Positions 28,146 to 38,139 are shown, counted from the first letter of the stretch. The stretch: DNA of 64,000 nt from Muribaculaceae bacterium (GCA_963655075.1 CAVKDW010000001.1:7862-71861); one strand, 5' to 3'. Program-made: numbers and translations. Notes: generated by a model from the sequence alone, not told the origin.

Positions 28146-29218
28146 TCATTCACGCGAGGGAAGATCGTCGGAGACTGCCACGAAGTCAATGACACTCGCA
28201 CCGGGAACAGATACCGCTCCGCTTTCTTCCAACCGCTCGGAGGCGCATCAGGAATCACCCGCTCTCTTATCAATGAGTAGTCCTTCGCATCCAAGGCGTA
28301 GTAACGTGTATCAGTAGCAGTATAGATACGTACCGTCCAATCGTGCATGTTACCCATCATCAGTATCTGCATCTGCTGGGGATCATAAGCGGGGATGCCT
28401 AACATGCGCAAAGACAATGTCGCCCTATCCACCACGTACATCTTGTACTCACTATCTACAACAAAACCTAAATTGCGCCTATTATCAAACTCCGTCACAA
28501 ACAACGCTATTAACTCCACACCCTGAGGTACAAGTATATTATGAACCTGAGGGCTACCCTTCACCATCTGTAGTTGATACAACTTCCCTTCCGCATCCGT
28601 CATCAAATAACCGTTATCATACGCCTTGCGAACAGAGGGATTACCCCATAACAACCGGACAGGGAACACAAAACCATGTGCTTTCAACACCGATGTGAAC
28701 ATGGCAGACTTCTCCCTATCAACCTCATTACTTGCCGAATTCACAAACTCCAAACCATCAGAGGTTAGACGAAAAACATCGTCCGGCAACTGCAAATCAA
28801 CGCGACCGGACTCTGAATCTAATAACTCGTATAGTGCTACACGGGGTTTATTCAACTGCGCAGGACTGGTCTTAAAAGTGAACTGCTCACGACGAAGTAC
28901 CTTACTATCCATCACTTCTCCGAACAACGAATCGGGTAAACGACCATCCGACAACAACTGACGGTAAAAGAAATATGGCAATATAGAATCTGCTTCGTAG
29001 GTACTATAGGCTCTACCCTCTCCATCTACAAAAGCACCATCATTGCGAGTAATAAAATCATCCACTATAGGACTGTAATACACAAACGAATCCCCCTTTT
29101 CCACAGGTACTAACAGCGAGTATAACCACGGCAGCACCCACATAGCCAATCCCACTGCCACAACGATAACAAACACCCTGTACATGCCCAACCCTGTAAC
29201 TTTTACTCTCTTTCTCAT
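28142..29218 (-). CDS. N-terminally membrane-anchored protein of unknown function (DUF4857-like, name from memory)
   Basis: 358 aa with one N-terminal TM helix. Its start overlaps the stop of the upstream permease-like gene by 4 nt. Confidence 0.6.
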   Translation of the reverse strand: MRKRVKVTGLGMYRVFVIVVAVGLAMWVLPWLYSLLVPVEKGDSFVYYSPIVDDFITRNDGAFVDGEGRAYSTYEADSILPYFFYRQLLSDGRLPDSLFGEVMDSKVLRREQFTFKTSPAQLNKPRVALYELLDSESGRVDLQLPDDVFRLTSDGLEFVNSASNEVDREKSAMFTSVLKAHGFVFPVRLLWGNPSVRKAYDNGYLMTDAEGKLYQLQMVKGSPQVHNILVPQGVELIALFVTEFDNRRNLGFVVDSEYKMYVVDRATLSLRMLGIPAYDPQQMQILMMGNMHDWTVRIYTATDTRYYALDAKDYSLIRERVIPDAPPSGWKKAERYLFPVRVSLTSWQSPTIFPRVND

Positions 29219-29898
29219 AATCCAATCCCCCTCTTAAATCTGTCTATACTCAGCAAGGGTAAACCTGCACACAGCACCGTGAAAACGACCATTATCGGCA
29301 AAAAGGCATTATACACTTCAGGCATCGTGCTCATGTAAAAACCACGCAGACACACCGCTGCGAACAACAACTCCGGCACGCGCATGACCCAGGTCGGCTC
29401 TAACACAACCCATATAGCGAAGAAATAGGCTAACAGACCGGCTATATACCACACAAAAGCAGTCAAAAAGATATGTTGTAGCAACTCCTTAGGAAACCAC
29501 GAAGACATCACTATAGCACACACACCTAAGTTCAGCACCATCAAACCAACCATCACTATCGCACCATACAAGACCATCACACCCACACTTTTCCATATAG
29601 CAACAGGCAGATGTAATGTCAACTTGATGCGCTTCTGCAATACCTCTGGTAACATCTGAGATACACCCAACAACACGCCAACGACCAATGGAACAAAACG
29701 CAACATATCTACTAACAACACATCCCTATTCAACAAGGTGTCCCATACCAACATCATGCCATTAGCATCTATCAAACGGCTGACACTCAGTAGTATATAT
29801 ACGCACAAACCCAACGACACAGTTAACGCAAGCAACACTACCATACGGGTCTTCAACCACTCTTTCAGAAACAAACTTCGTAACATATTCTCTATCAA
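29215..29898 (-). CDS. six-helix integral membrane protein (ABC-2-type permease-like)
   Basis: 227 aa with about 6 hydrophobic helices. Translationally coupled (4-nt overlaps) to the ABC ATPase upstream and the anchored protein downstream. Confidence 0.6.
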   Translation of the reverse strand: MIENMLRSLFLKEWLKTRMVVLLALTVSLGLCVYILLSVSRLIDANGMMLVWDTLLNRDVLLVDMLRFVPLVVGVLLGVSQMLPEVLQKRIKLTLHLPVAIWKSVGVMVLYGAIVMVGLMVLNLGVCAIVMSSWFPKELLQHIFLTAFVWYIAGLLAYFFAIWVVLEPTWVMRVPELLFAAVCLRGFYMSTMPEVYNAFLPIMVVFTVLCAGLPLLSIDRFKRGIGL

Positions 29899-30614
29899 TA
29901 TCTACCTGTCATCTCTATAAAAGTATCCTCCAACGTCATCGTAGGACTCATCAACTCTCCCACAGGACACTGACAAAGGATCTTTCCATAATCCATCACT
30001 ATACAGTCATCCACTAAACGCTCTAAATCCTGGATGATATGCGACGTCAAAAAAACAGTCTTACCGCCGCTCTTGCAAAAATCACGCAGATACTCCACAA
30101 ACAACCGACGATAACCGGGGTCAAGACCCAACGAGAAATCATCCAAAATCAATAACTCAGGATCCTGAGCCATCAACAGACCTAAAGCCACTTGAGAACG
30201 TTGACCATTGGACATCTGACTCAGACGCTGATAGTCCTTCACATGCAACAAGCCCATCAAGTCGTAGTACGCAGACCTGTTCCAACGTGCATAAAAAGGA
30301 GCATAAAAACGCTCTATCTGACCTATCGTCATAAAGGGATACTGGACATGACCCTCCAACAACAATCCTATACGGGAACGGACACTGGACGGCATACTAC
30401 GCGTATCATAACCCAATAAACGACAACTACCCGACATAGGACGAATAAAACCCGACAATATATTTATCGTCGTAGTCTTACCTGTACCATTCTTACCCAA
30501 CAGCCCCAATATCCGACCTTTCGGCACACGAAACGACAAGTCTTTATAGATCAAACGCTTGCCGTAGTAGTGCGTCACATGGTCATACTCTATCATTATC
30601 TCGTTATCTGCCAT
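29895..30614 (-). CDS. ABC transporter ATP-binding protein
   Basis: Walker A GKNGTGKTT, signature MSNGQRSQ, Walker B LLILDD. I chose the ATG at 30614 because the ORF-track start at 30626 is a TTG. Confidence 0.9.
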   Translation of the reverse strand: MADNEIMIEYDHVTHYYGKRLIYKDLSFRVPKGRILGLLGKNGTGKTTTINILSGFIRPMSGSCRLLGYDTRSMPSSVRSRIGLLLEGHVQYPFMTIGQIERFYAPFYARWNRSAYYDLMGLLHVKDYQRLSQMSNGQRSQVALGLLMAQDPELLILDDFSLGLDPGYRRLFVEYLRDFCKSGGKTVFLTSHIIQDLERLVDDCIVMDYGKILCQCPVGELMSPTMTLEDTFIEMTGRY

Positions 30615-30663
30615 ATCCAAACACAATACACATTGGCTTTTATACTTACTACAATTGTAGGGA

Positions 30664-30671
30664 CAAAAGTA
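30664..30671 (-). promoter_or_regulatory. -7 promoter box for the ABC operon, part of a palindromic 17-mer
   Basis: CAAAAGTA within CAAAAGTACTACTTTTC, which is identical to the 17-mer at 49219-49235. It lies 49 nt upstream of the ATG at 30614. Confidence 0.55.
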
Positions 30672-30804
30672 CTACTTTTCAGGTATATACACAAACATCC
30701 ACGCCATTTTACCCACTATACGTCATTCCCGACAAAAAACCACATAAACACACCTACAAAAATAGGTCACAACAACGTCTGCTTTTCTCACATTTTTGAG
30801 CACC

Positions 30805-30818
30805 TTTTGCATGCAAAA
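30805..30818. promoter_or_regulatory. perfect 14-bp palindrome in the divergent control region
   Basis: TTTTGCATGCAAAA, flanked by GCAC/GTGC which extend the inverted repeat (30800-30826). Confidence 0.5.
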
Positions 30819-30831
30819 AATAGTGCTGCAG

Positions 30832-30897
30832 TTGAGCAGAAGATAAGCCGATCTTGAGCAGAACATAAGCCGACCTTGAGCAGGAACAAAACAGCCC
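30832..30897. repeat. 22-bp direct repeat x3 upstream of the TonB-receptor operon
   Basis: TTGAGCAGAAGATAAGCCGATC / TTGAGCAGAACATAAGCCGACC (20 of 22 identical) / TTGAGCAGGAACAAAACAGCCC (degenerate). A further TTGAGCAC lies at 30796-30803. Confidence 0.85.
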
Positions 30898-30955
30898 TCC
30901 CTAAATCCCTATTATTAGTGATACCTACACCCTTGTGTATCCAACACAAATACGG

Positions 30956-30963
30956 TAATTTTG
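30956..30963 (+). promoter_or_regulatory. -7 promoter box for the TonB-receptor operon
   Basis: TAATTTTG, 32 nt upstream of the ATG at 30996. Confidence 0.55.
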
Positions 30964-30995
30964 CAGTCTGTAAGGACAACTGACGACAACCACTC

Positions 30996-33701
30996 ATGAA
31001 TCGAACTATACACCGAACCATATTTGTCACCCTACTCGCACTATCCCCTATAGTCTTTCACGCACAAGTCAAGATCATCATCACCGACTCACTTACCAAC
31101 TCCCCTGTCTGCGATGCCGCTGTCATAGCCCTCGAAGCACAACAAAGCACCACTACAAACACACAGGGAGTCGCACCACTCAAACTGCAACCTGGCTACC
31201 ATACCCTTGACATCACACATGTTAGTTATGGGGAACATATACACCCAATATACATCACCGACACACACCAAACCATCTCTGTCAGACTCAAACAGCAGAT
31301 ACAACAAATCCAGGAGATCGTCGTCACTGCTAACGAGGCCGTCGGAGCAACCACCTCTTCACACATCGGCAAAGAGGCAATGCAACACCTACAACCATCT
31401 AGTTTTGCCGATATAGTCAGCATGTTACCGGGAGCCACATCCGGCACGCCAAATCTCACATCGGCAAACACCATAAGACTACGAGAAGCGAACAACGGGA
31501 CTAACAGCAACGACTATGCCGCAGCATCACTCGGTACAAGTTTCGTCATAGACGGAGCACCTATATCCACCGATGCCAATATGCAATATGTACAAAGCGG
31601 GACAAGCGGACAAGACGAACAACGACAAGTAGTCAACAAAGGAGTGGATATGCGCACCATTTCTACCGATGATATCGAGAAAGTGGAGATAATACGAGGA
31701 ATAGCAGGAGCCGAATACGGAGACGTGACAAGCGGAGTAGTCAAGATAGAACGGACAATGAAACCGACACCATGGCGAGCACGATTCAAAGCAGACGGAT
31801 TTAGCAAACTATTCTATGTCGGGAAAGGTGTCGGATGGAGGAATGAACAGACAGTACTGAATGTCGGAATAGACTACCTGAATGCCAAGAACGACCCAAC
31901 AAACACGCTCGAGAACTACCAACGCATCACTGCATCCGTCCGACTGCATAATCGATGGCACATAGACGATACCAACATACGATGGCAAACAAACCTCGAT
32001 TATACGGGTAGCATAGACAACGATAAATTGGACCCGGACATCAACCACAACAAAGAAGACGCATACCGCAGCGAATACCACCACATGACGTGGGGGAACA
32101 CACTCAATGTCAACAACAAAACCCAAACATGGTGGTCAACAGCACTGACAACCAACATCAGTTATTCCATAGACCGGATAACACAAAGCAAGTTCATACA
32201 ACTTACGACACCTATACAACCGATACTCGATAATATGCAGGAGGGACGCAAAGACGTAAAACTACTCCCGTACCAATACGTAGCGAACCACACCGTGGAT
32301 GGGAAACCACTAAACATATTCATCCGACCCAAAGCCAATTTTCTGTTCCACACGTGGACACTCGACCATAAAACCGCAATAGGCATAGAGTGGAAATACG
32401 ACAAGAACTACGGACAAGGACAGGTCTATGACATGACAAGACCACTCAACTACTCATCCGCTCTGCGGCCACGTGCATACAACGACATACCTGCTACCAA
32501 CCAACTCGCATGGTACATACAAGACGATATGCATATCCCTATCCGACGCACATCATTCGACATTGCAATAGGCATACGAGGCACGTCACTACTCGGACTC
32601 GACAAACAGTACACCATGCACGGGAAATGCTACATCGACCCACGGGCTAACATCATGTATAATATCCCCGTCAAAAACGGGAAGATATTCCTCGCTGCAG
32701 CCGTCGGACAACATACCAAAATGCCTACACTCTTACAGTTGTACCCCAATCTCATCTACGAAGACCTGAAAGTGAGAAACGTAACCATTTCTCCCGATAG
32801 CATCATGGATGTATATACACACATCATCGACCCTACGAACTACCAACTGACACCGGCACGAAACTTCAAATGGGAAGTAAGAGCCGGAATAGAAATACAC
32901 AAACACAACTTCTCCATAACCTATTTCCAAGAACACATGAACGATGGCTTCCGCTCGTGGATCAACTGCACACCATTCACATATACCATCGATTCCATCG
33001 CACCAAACGGCAACCGGACACCTCTCACATATACTAAACTTCTCACATACTCCACAACGAAAAACGGTAGCGGGATTATCAAACAAGGTGTCGAATGGCA
33101 ATATAGTAGCCCACGCATACCTGCTATATACACACGGTTCACCGTCAACGGTGCATGGCTACGCACCACATACAAGAATTCACAAGCCGTATTCTCTACC
33201 GAGAAACTCAACGAAGTGATAAACGGCGAAGCGGTACGCGACAAATACATAGGATACTACAACTGGGAGGATGGTAGCGTACGAGAGAACCTGAATACCA
33301 ATATCATTGCTGACGTCTTTATACCCAAAATAGGACTCACTGTCAGTGCCACACTCGAGATGACTATCTATTCTGCTCAACGGACACTATACAAAGATGG
33401 AACACCTATCGCCTATATGGACACATCTGGAGAACTCAAACCTTATACCGAAACCGAAAAGAACGACCCCATACTCAAGGCACTCATATTCAACTACAAC
33501 CAAGCCTCTTTCCGACAACGTACCACACCTTTCGCCGGATACGTAAACCTACGAGTACAAAAAAGCATCACACAGTATGCCGACATAGCCTTCTTTGTCA
33601 ACAAACTGTTAGACTACCTCCCTGACTACTATATTGACGGGATAACCATACACCGGAACGCGAATCCTTACTTTGGTATGGAGATAAACTTAAAACTATG
33701 A
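30996..33701 (+). CDS. TonB-dependent outer-membrane receptor with carboxypeptidase-regulatory-like N-domain (no SusD partner)
   Basis: 901 aa. Signal peptide, an Ig-like N-domain (IIITDSLTNSPVCDAAV...GYHTLDITHVSY), a plug region (ADIVSMLPGATSG, VIDGAPIS, IEKVEIIRG), and a long beta-barrel ending in ...MEINLKL. Confidence 0.85.
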   Translation: MNRTIHRTIFVTLLALSPIVFHAQVKIIITDSLTNSPVCDAAVIALEAQQSTTTNTQGVAPLKLQPGYHTLDITHVSYGEHIHPIYITDTHQTISVRLKQQIQQIQEIVVTANEAVGATTSSHIGKEAMQHLQPSSFADIVSMLPGATSGTPNLTSANTIRLREANNGTNSNDYAAASLGTSFVIDGAPISTDANMQYVQSGTSGQDEQRQVVNKGVDMRTISTDDIEKVEIIRGIAGAEYGDVTSGVVKIERTMKPTPWRARFKADGFSKLFYVGKGVGWRNEQTVLNVGIDYLNAKNDPTNTLENYQRITASVRLHNRWHIDDTNIRWQTNLDYTGSIDNDKLDPDINHNKEDAYRSEYHHMTWGNTLNVNNKTQTWWSTALTTNISYSIDRITQSKFIQLTTPIQPILDNMQEGRKDVKLLPYQYVANHTVDGKPLNIFIRPKANFLFHTWTLDHKTAIGIEWKYDKNYGQGQVYDMTRPLNYSSALRPRAYNDIPATNQLAWYIQDDMHIPIRRTSFDIAIGIRGTSLLGLDKQYTMHGKCYIDPRANIMYNIPVKNGKIFLAAAVGQHTKMPTLLQLYPNLIYEDLKVRNVTISPDSIMDVYTHIIDPTNYQLTPARNFKWEVRAGIEIHKHNFSITYFQEHMNDGFRSWINCTPFTYTIDSIAPNGNRTPLTYTKLLTYSTTKNGSGIIKQGVEWQYSSPRIPAIYTRFTVNGAWLRTTYKNSQAVFSTEKLNEVINGEAVRDKYIGYYNWEDGSVRENLNTNIIADVFIPKIGLTVSATLEMTIYSAQRTLYKDGTPIAYMDTSGELKPYTETEKNDPILKALIFNYNQASFRQRTTPFAGYVNLRVQKSITQYADIAFFVNKLLDYLPDYYIDGITIHRNANPYFGMEINLKL

Positions 33702-34978
33702 CAACAAACAATCATCACATCCACACACTCATCTGTAGCATCACATGCGCCATACTCTTCGCATGCCAACCTATTGACACCGGAAAACAAGAATATCCGG
33801 TACAGATAAACGTTAGCCTACCCTCACTGACGGATACGACTACGCAACAGACAACCACTATCAGCGAACTGAAAGTTGTACTCAACGACCTGAATATGGG
33901 AAGGCAACATACCTTCATACCACAAGACTATGTGCAAAACGACACATGCCTCACGATGCGCATCAACGCACCGGCAGGCTTCTACGATGCAGATATATCT
34001 GTAACCATACTGATAGACTCACTTCCTGTCAGACTACAAGCATATATCAAGAGTATCAGCCTATGTAAACCTGCAACAGACACCGTTCTTTCCTTAACCA
34101 CTGAAGCCATCGTGGTACAAGAGCGTAGCCAAGACTTCATCTTTGCCGAACTGTCCACATCAGGAACACAAACACCACAGGGGAAAAACTATATTGGCGA
34201 TAGTTTTTTCGTTCTCTATAACAACACAACAGACACACTCTACGCCGATGGAATCGTACTACTCGAATCAAAACTCAAAAACACACAGAAATACCAATCT
34301 ATAACACCCTACTTCATCCCCGACTATTTCGGAACCGATGCCATATACCGGATACCGGGCAGAGGACATGATTATCCGGTAGCACCCGGAGCAACAGTTC
34401 TACTTGTTGATAACGCACAAGACCACCGGAAAGCAAACCCCGCATCGTTCGACCTGAGCCGCGCAGACTTCGAATGGTACGACCAGTCAACAAGCGCAAC
34501 GGTAACCGACATCGACAACCCGGATGTGCCGAATATGGACAAGATATATTGCTATACAATGACAATATGGTTGCCTAACAGACAAGGAAACACCTCCTTC
34601 GCTATCGCACGGTTCCCGGAGAATATGACAGACTCGGCTTTTCTGGCAGACTACCGACTGACGTATGACTATCTGCTCATCACCAGCGCAGGCAACTTCA
34701 ACATGTCTGCCACATGCTATATCGTACCCAACGCATGGATACTCGACTGTGTTAACACCTGCCCAAGAACCGCATACCAATGGACAGTAGTGTCACCTTC
34801 CTTAGACGCAGGATGGACATATATAGGAGAGATAGGACAAGACAAACAACGATTCGGAAAGAGTATGAGACGCCGGGAACATATACAGAACGGACGACGC
34901 ATACTACAGGACACCAACAACTCTTCTGTGGATTTCCTACCGGCACAAGTGTCAGACCCATACCACTTTAACAACTAA
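33698..34978 (+). CDS. lipoprotein of unknown function (DUF4876-like, possible lamin-tail-like C-domain; names from memory)
   Basis: 426 aa. Its ATG overlaps the receptor stop (ATGA). Lipobox-like FAC. The C-terminal part starting IFAELSTSG...FFVLYNNT resembles LTD-type beta-sandwich domains. Confidence 0.6.
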   Translation: MTTNNHHIHTLICSITCAILFACQPIDTGKQEYPVQINVSLPSLTDTTTQQTTTISELKVVLNDLNMGRQHTFIPQDYVQNDTCLTMRINAPAGFYDADISVTILIDSLPVRLQAYIKSISLCKPATDTVLSLTTEAIVVQERSQDFIFAELSTSGTQTPQGKNYIGDSFFVLYNNTTDTLYADGIVLLESKLKNTQKYQSITPYFIPDYFGTDAIYRIPGRGHDYPVAPGATVLLVDNAQDHRKANPASFDLSRADFEWYDQSTSATVTDIDNPDVPNMDKIYCYTMTIWLPNRQGNTSFAIARFPENMTDSAFLADYRLTYDYLLITSAGNFNMSATCYIVPNAWILDCVNTCPRTAYQWTVVSPSLDAGWTYIGEIGQDKQRFGKSMRRREHIQNGRRILQDTNNSSVDFLPAQVSDPYHFNN

Positions 34979-34984
34979 CCTGCT

Positions 34985-36196
34985 ATGCTGCTACTCACTA
35001 TCATCACATCGCTGTTCCTCGACACCGCCGCTACAAAAACATACATACAGGGGCTGTACCAACAATCTACCATGCCTGTCTCAGGAACACAGAACGGAGG
35101 ATTCAGCATACACGCACAGTCCATATACGACATATCACCTGTCAGCCGCGTCTTCGGAGAAGCAAACTACACATGGGGACAAAGCAAAGGTAACAAATGG
35201 GTAGAAAACGCAGATTATGAACTCCTGTACCCATACCTGACATGCGATACCATCGGCGGAGGATTACGGACAGAACAATACTGTTTCCGCGGCGGATACA
35301 GATGGGGGAAAAAACACCTCACATGGCATCTGGCACTGCAGTATCGGGCACTACAAAGTTACAGAAGTATAGACCCCCGACCAAAAAACAAAGTGGCAGA
35401 CCTGCAAATAGACGGTTCCATCGGATATATCAACACACAATATGCCTGTAACATTATCGGACGAGTAGGACGCTACAAACAGAACAATGACATCTCCTTC
35501 TACTCCGAACTGGGGAATACAATGATATTCCACCTCGTACAGCCCGACGAAGACTATGTACGGTTTGCAGGAGACTTCACATCTGCATATTACCACGGTG
35601 TCACCGCAGGAGGAGGATTATCTCTACAACCACTCTCTACCGGATGGATGGCGGGCATCGACTACAGTTATCTCTCTATAACCAAAGAACTGAAGAGTGC
35701 CACATCCACGCCTATAGCACAACTACGCACACATTCCGCAGAAGCGACATTAGGCTACGCCACACCACTATGGAGAGTACGGCTACACACCGCCTATACC
35801 CTACGACAAGGGACACAGTATATATACGGGGAAGTGACAGGAAACTACTACCACCTGCTGTTCACATCAACCAATTATACAGAACAACAAATAGCAGCAG
35901 GACTATCCGCTAACTACCGATGGAACGTACAGGTCGGGTATCTTCGTCTGACAGGAGATATCGACTACCTGCACAAACTGCCGGCTACACCAACCACGGA
36001 ACACTCCCACACAACTTTCAACGACTTAGCCACACACCTACGTGCCTCACAACTCACCGCGACACTTTCATTGCGCTATGCTTTCCCCATCGCACACAAA
36101 TACGCATGGTTCTTCCAACCCACAGCAACATATACATACTACACCTCACAGACATATCGTTGGCAAGTGGCACTGCTGACAGGACTATGTTTCTGA
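34985..36196 (+). CDS. putative outer-membrane beta-barrel protein (DUF6850-like, name from memory)
   Basis: 403 aa with an alternating aromatic/polar pattern and a C-terminal ...LLTGLCF ending in Phe (OMP signature). It starts 6 nt after the previous stop. Confidence 0.55.
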   Translation: MLLLTIITSLFLDTAATKTYIQGLYQQSTMPVSGTQNGGFSIHAQSIYDISPVSRVFGEANYTWGQSKGNKWVENADYELLYPYLTCDTIGGGLRTEQYCFRGGYRWGKKHLTWHLALQYRALQSYRSIDPRPKNKVADLQIDGSIGYINTQYACNIIGRVGRYKQNNDISFYSELGNTMIFHLVQPDEDYVRFAGDFTSAYYHGVTAGGGLSLQPLSTGWMAGIDYSYLSITKELKSATSTPIAQLRTHSAEATLGYATPLWRVRLHTAYTLRQGTQYIYGEVTGNYYHLLFTSTNYTEQQIAAGLSANYRWNVQVGYLRLTGDIDYLHKLPATPTTEHSHTTFNDLATHLRASQLTATLSLRYAFPIAHKYAWFFQPTATYTYYTSQTYRWQVALLTGLCF

Positions 36197-36222
36197 CAAC
36201 ACCATGCTCCCAACAACCAAAT

Positions 36223-36259
36223 GAGGCTGCCTGAACAGATTAGACAGCCTCACTTTTTA
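36223..36259 (+). terminator. rho-independent terminator after the receptor operon
   Basis: GAGGCTG...CAGCCTC stem with inner CTGA/TTAG pairs, followed by ACTTTTTATT. Confidence 0.65.
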
Positions 36260-36287
36260 TTATAAAGAAACACGCAATGCTAAACGC

Positions 36288-37931
36288 TCAACACTCTACG
36301 CCTAAGATGTTATAGACCTTGTCTCCTTTACGGATATACACCTGCCCATCCTTCACAAACTTCACTGCACGCGTCTTGTTACTGTCCCGGACTTCCTCAA
36401 CGCCGGACGCTTCCTCAAACAACTGTTGTACTGCTGTCATAGCCGTATACAACTCATTCTGTGTCGTGTATGTCTGTGTCGTGTCCGCAGCAAAAGTACA
36501 AGTATAACGCTCACTAAAAGAATATATCAAGTCATTACCACAAAACACCGCAGGAGTTGTAGAAGTCAAGGACTTATATGAGACTAACAGATGCTGAGTT
36601 CCCTTGTTCAGATTTTGGTCGTAAGATTGCAAATAGATCTTGTTATCAGTCCAATCATAATAATACATGTAGATGCTATCATGACTGAATAAGATAGATG
36701 GATTCGCAGAGATCTTTTCACTCTCTACACCAACCGCATGAGTACACTCACCCGAAGTCATATCTACCTTGATAGCATAAGCATGATAAGCAGTTGCATT
36801 TACACCCATAAATACACCGGCACTCGTTTCCAGACCTCCCTTGATAGTTCCGGCAATATAAGCATAGTTACCAACGATGACACTGTGATATACCTTAGGG
36901 TCACAGGACTTACCATCCTTCACTCCTTTGACTACACTCAGATGCTCACACTGCAAATCAGTGGAAAGAGTAGCGCACAAAACACTGTTGTTCTCCGGTA
37001 CAACCAGCTTCTTGTCACCAAAACACAGACTCTTACCCACCAACGTATCCTTTGCACTATTCGTAGTTGATAACTGACCAAAGACATATATCTTGCCATC
37101 AACATATTGTAAGTCACATAGCGAACTACTCCAGAAAGGAACACTGTCCGTAACCACACAGCCCACATAAGCAAAATCCTTATCAAACTTCAGCACTGCC
37201 GTACTACCGTCCTTAGAACTCGCAACACCTGTAGTAATGGTATCTTCCCCTATCACCAAACCTGGCTTGAGAACAGACAACACATAGTAGTTACTGCCAT
37301 CCGTCACCATATTATTAAATATAAAACCGTCCGTCTGACCTTCCATCTGATAGAACTTCTGACGAATAGTCGGCACACCTTGGGCATCATATTCCACAAT
37401 GGCACCATACCACGTGTCCGTAGTATAAGGCTCCACAAACTCAGCCTTAGTGTCGTTAGTACCCAAGAACTCCATCACCTTATTGTCGCCTATGCGGTTC
37501 TTCTCCGAATGACGGGCTTTAACGGCAACCACAACACCACCTTCCGCAGTAAGCACTGCACCATAATCACTATAGAAATATCCACGGTCGGTCGTACCTA
37601 CCCACTTTGCTTTCAGGGACTTGTCTGTCTTCACAAAGACCATATTGGTATTCGTCTGACTTTGATTCTCCGCAAAAGGTTCTACCAAAAAAGAATCAGT
37701 ACTGTTGACACCAAAAGTAACAGTCGGACGAACACCCATAGACGCAGAATGTGCTAATAAAAACACATCACCATCTGCAGTAACCAACACCTTGTCCATA
37801 TCCGAACGACCACAAGCCTTGGAATTACTCTTGATTATGTCATTTTGAAACTCTAACGGAGCCCAAGTCAGTTGAGCCACCATACTCGCACTAAACAAGA
37901 GTGCACTCGCAAAAAAGGAAAATTTCTTCAT
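36288..37931 (-). CDS. secreted protein of unknown function with probable T9SS C-terminal sorting domain
   Basis: 547 aa. Signal peptide MKKFSFFASALLFSASMVAQ. The C-terminus KFVKDGQVYIRKGDKVYNILGVEC resembles CTD tails of T9SS cargo. The body is repetitive beta-rich sequence. Confidence 0.55.
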   Translation of the reverse strand: MKKFSFFASALLFSASMVAQLTWAPLEFQNDIIKSNSKACGRSDMDKVLVTADGDVFLLAHSASMGVRPTVTFGVNSTDSFLVEPFAENQSQTNTNMVFVKTDKSLKAKWVGTTDRGYFYSDYGAVLTAEGGVVVAVKARHSEKNRIGDNKVMEFLGTNDTKAEFVEPYTTDTWYGAIVEYDAQGVPTIRQKFYQMEGQTDGFIFNNMVTDGSNYYVLSVLKPGLVIGEDTITTGVASSKDGSTAVLKFDKDFAYVGCVVTDSVPFWSSSLCDLQYVDGKIYVFGQLSTTNSAKDTLVGKSLCFGDKKLVVPENNSVLCATLSTDLQCEHLSVVKGVKDGKSCDPKVYHSVIVGNYAYIAGTIKGGLETSAGVFMGVNATAYHAYAIKVDMTSGECTHAVGVESEKISANPSILFSHDSIYMYYYDWTDNKIYLQSYDQNLNKGTQHLLVSYKSLTSTTPAVFCGNDLIYSFSERYTCTFAADTTQTYTTQNELYTAMTAVQQLFEEASGVEEVRDSNKTRAVKFVKDGQVYIRKGDKVYNILGVEC

Positions 37932-38006
37932 ATCTTTGTCATTATATTATATTGTTATTCTTGTTACACTCGGTTCAGCGTCAAAGAACACGAACCATTA
38001 CGGGTG

Positions 38007-38014
38007 CAAAAGTA
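38007..38014 (-). promoter_or_regulatory. -7 promoter box for the 36288-37931 gene
   Basis: CAAAAGTA, 75 nt upstream of the ATG at 37931. Confidence 0.5.
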
Positions 38015-38018
38015 GTGG

Positions 38019-38063
38019 AAAAAGAACACCCTCACAATCCCATAAATAAAGGATTATGAGGGG
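38019..38063 (-). terminator. rho-independent terminator ending the metal-locus operon
   Basis: 12-bp stem CCCTCACAATCC/GGATTATGAGGG (one mismatch). On the minus strand it is followed by a U run (plus-strand AAAAA at 38019-38023). Confidence 0.6.
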
Positions 38064-38139
38064 CAATTCTACAACAAATATGCTTATCCTGAACAACTCC
38101 TGCTTACTTTTAGGTATCACTCCCAACTCAGGAACGACA

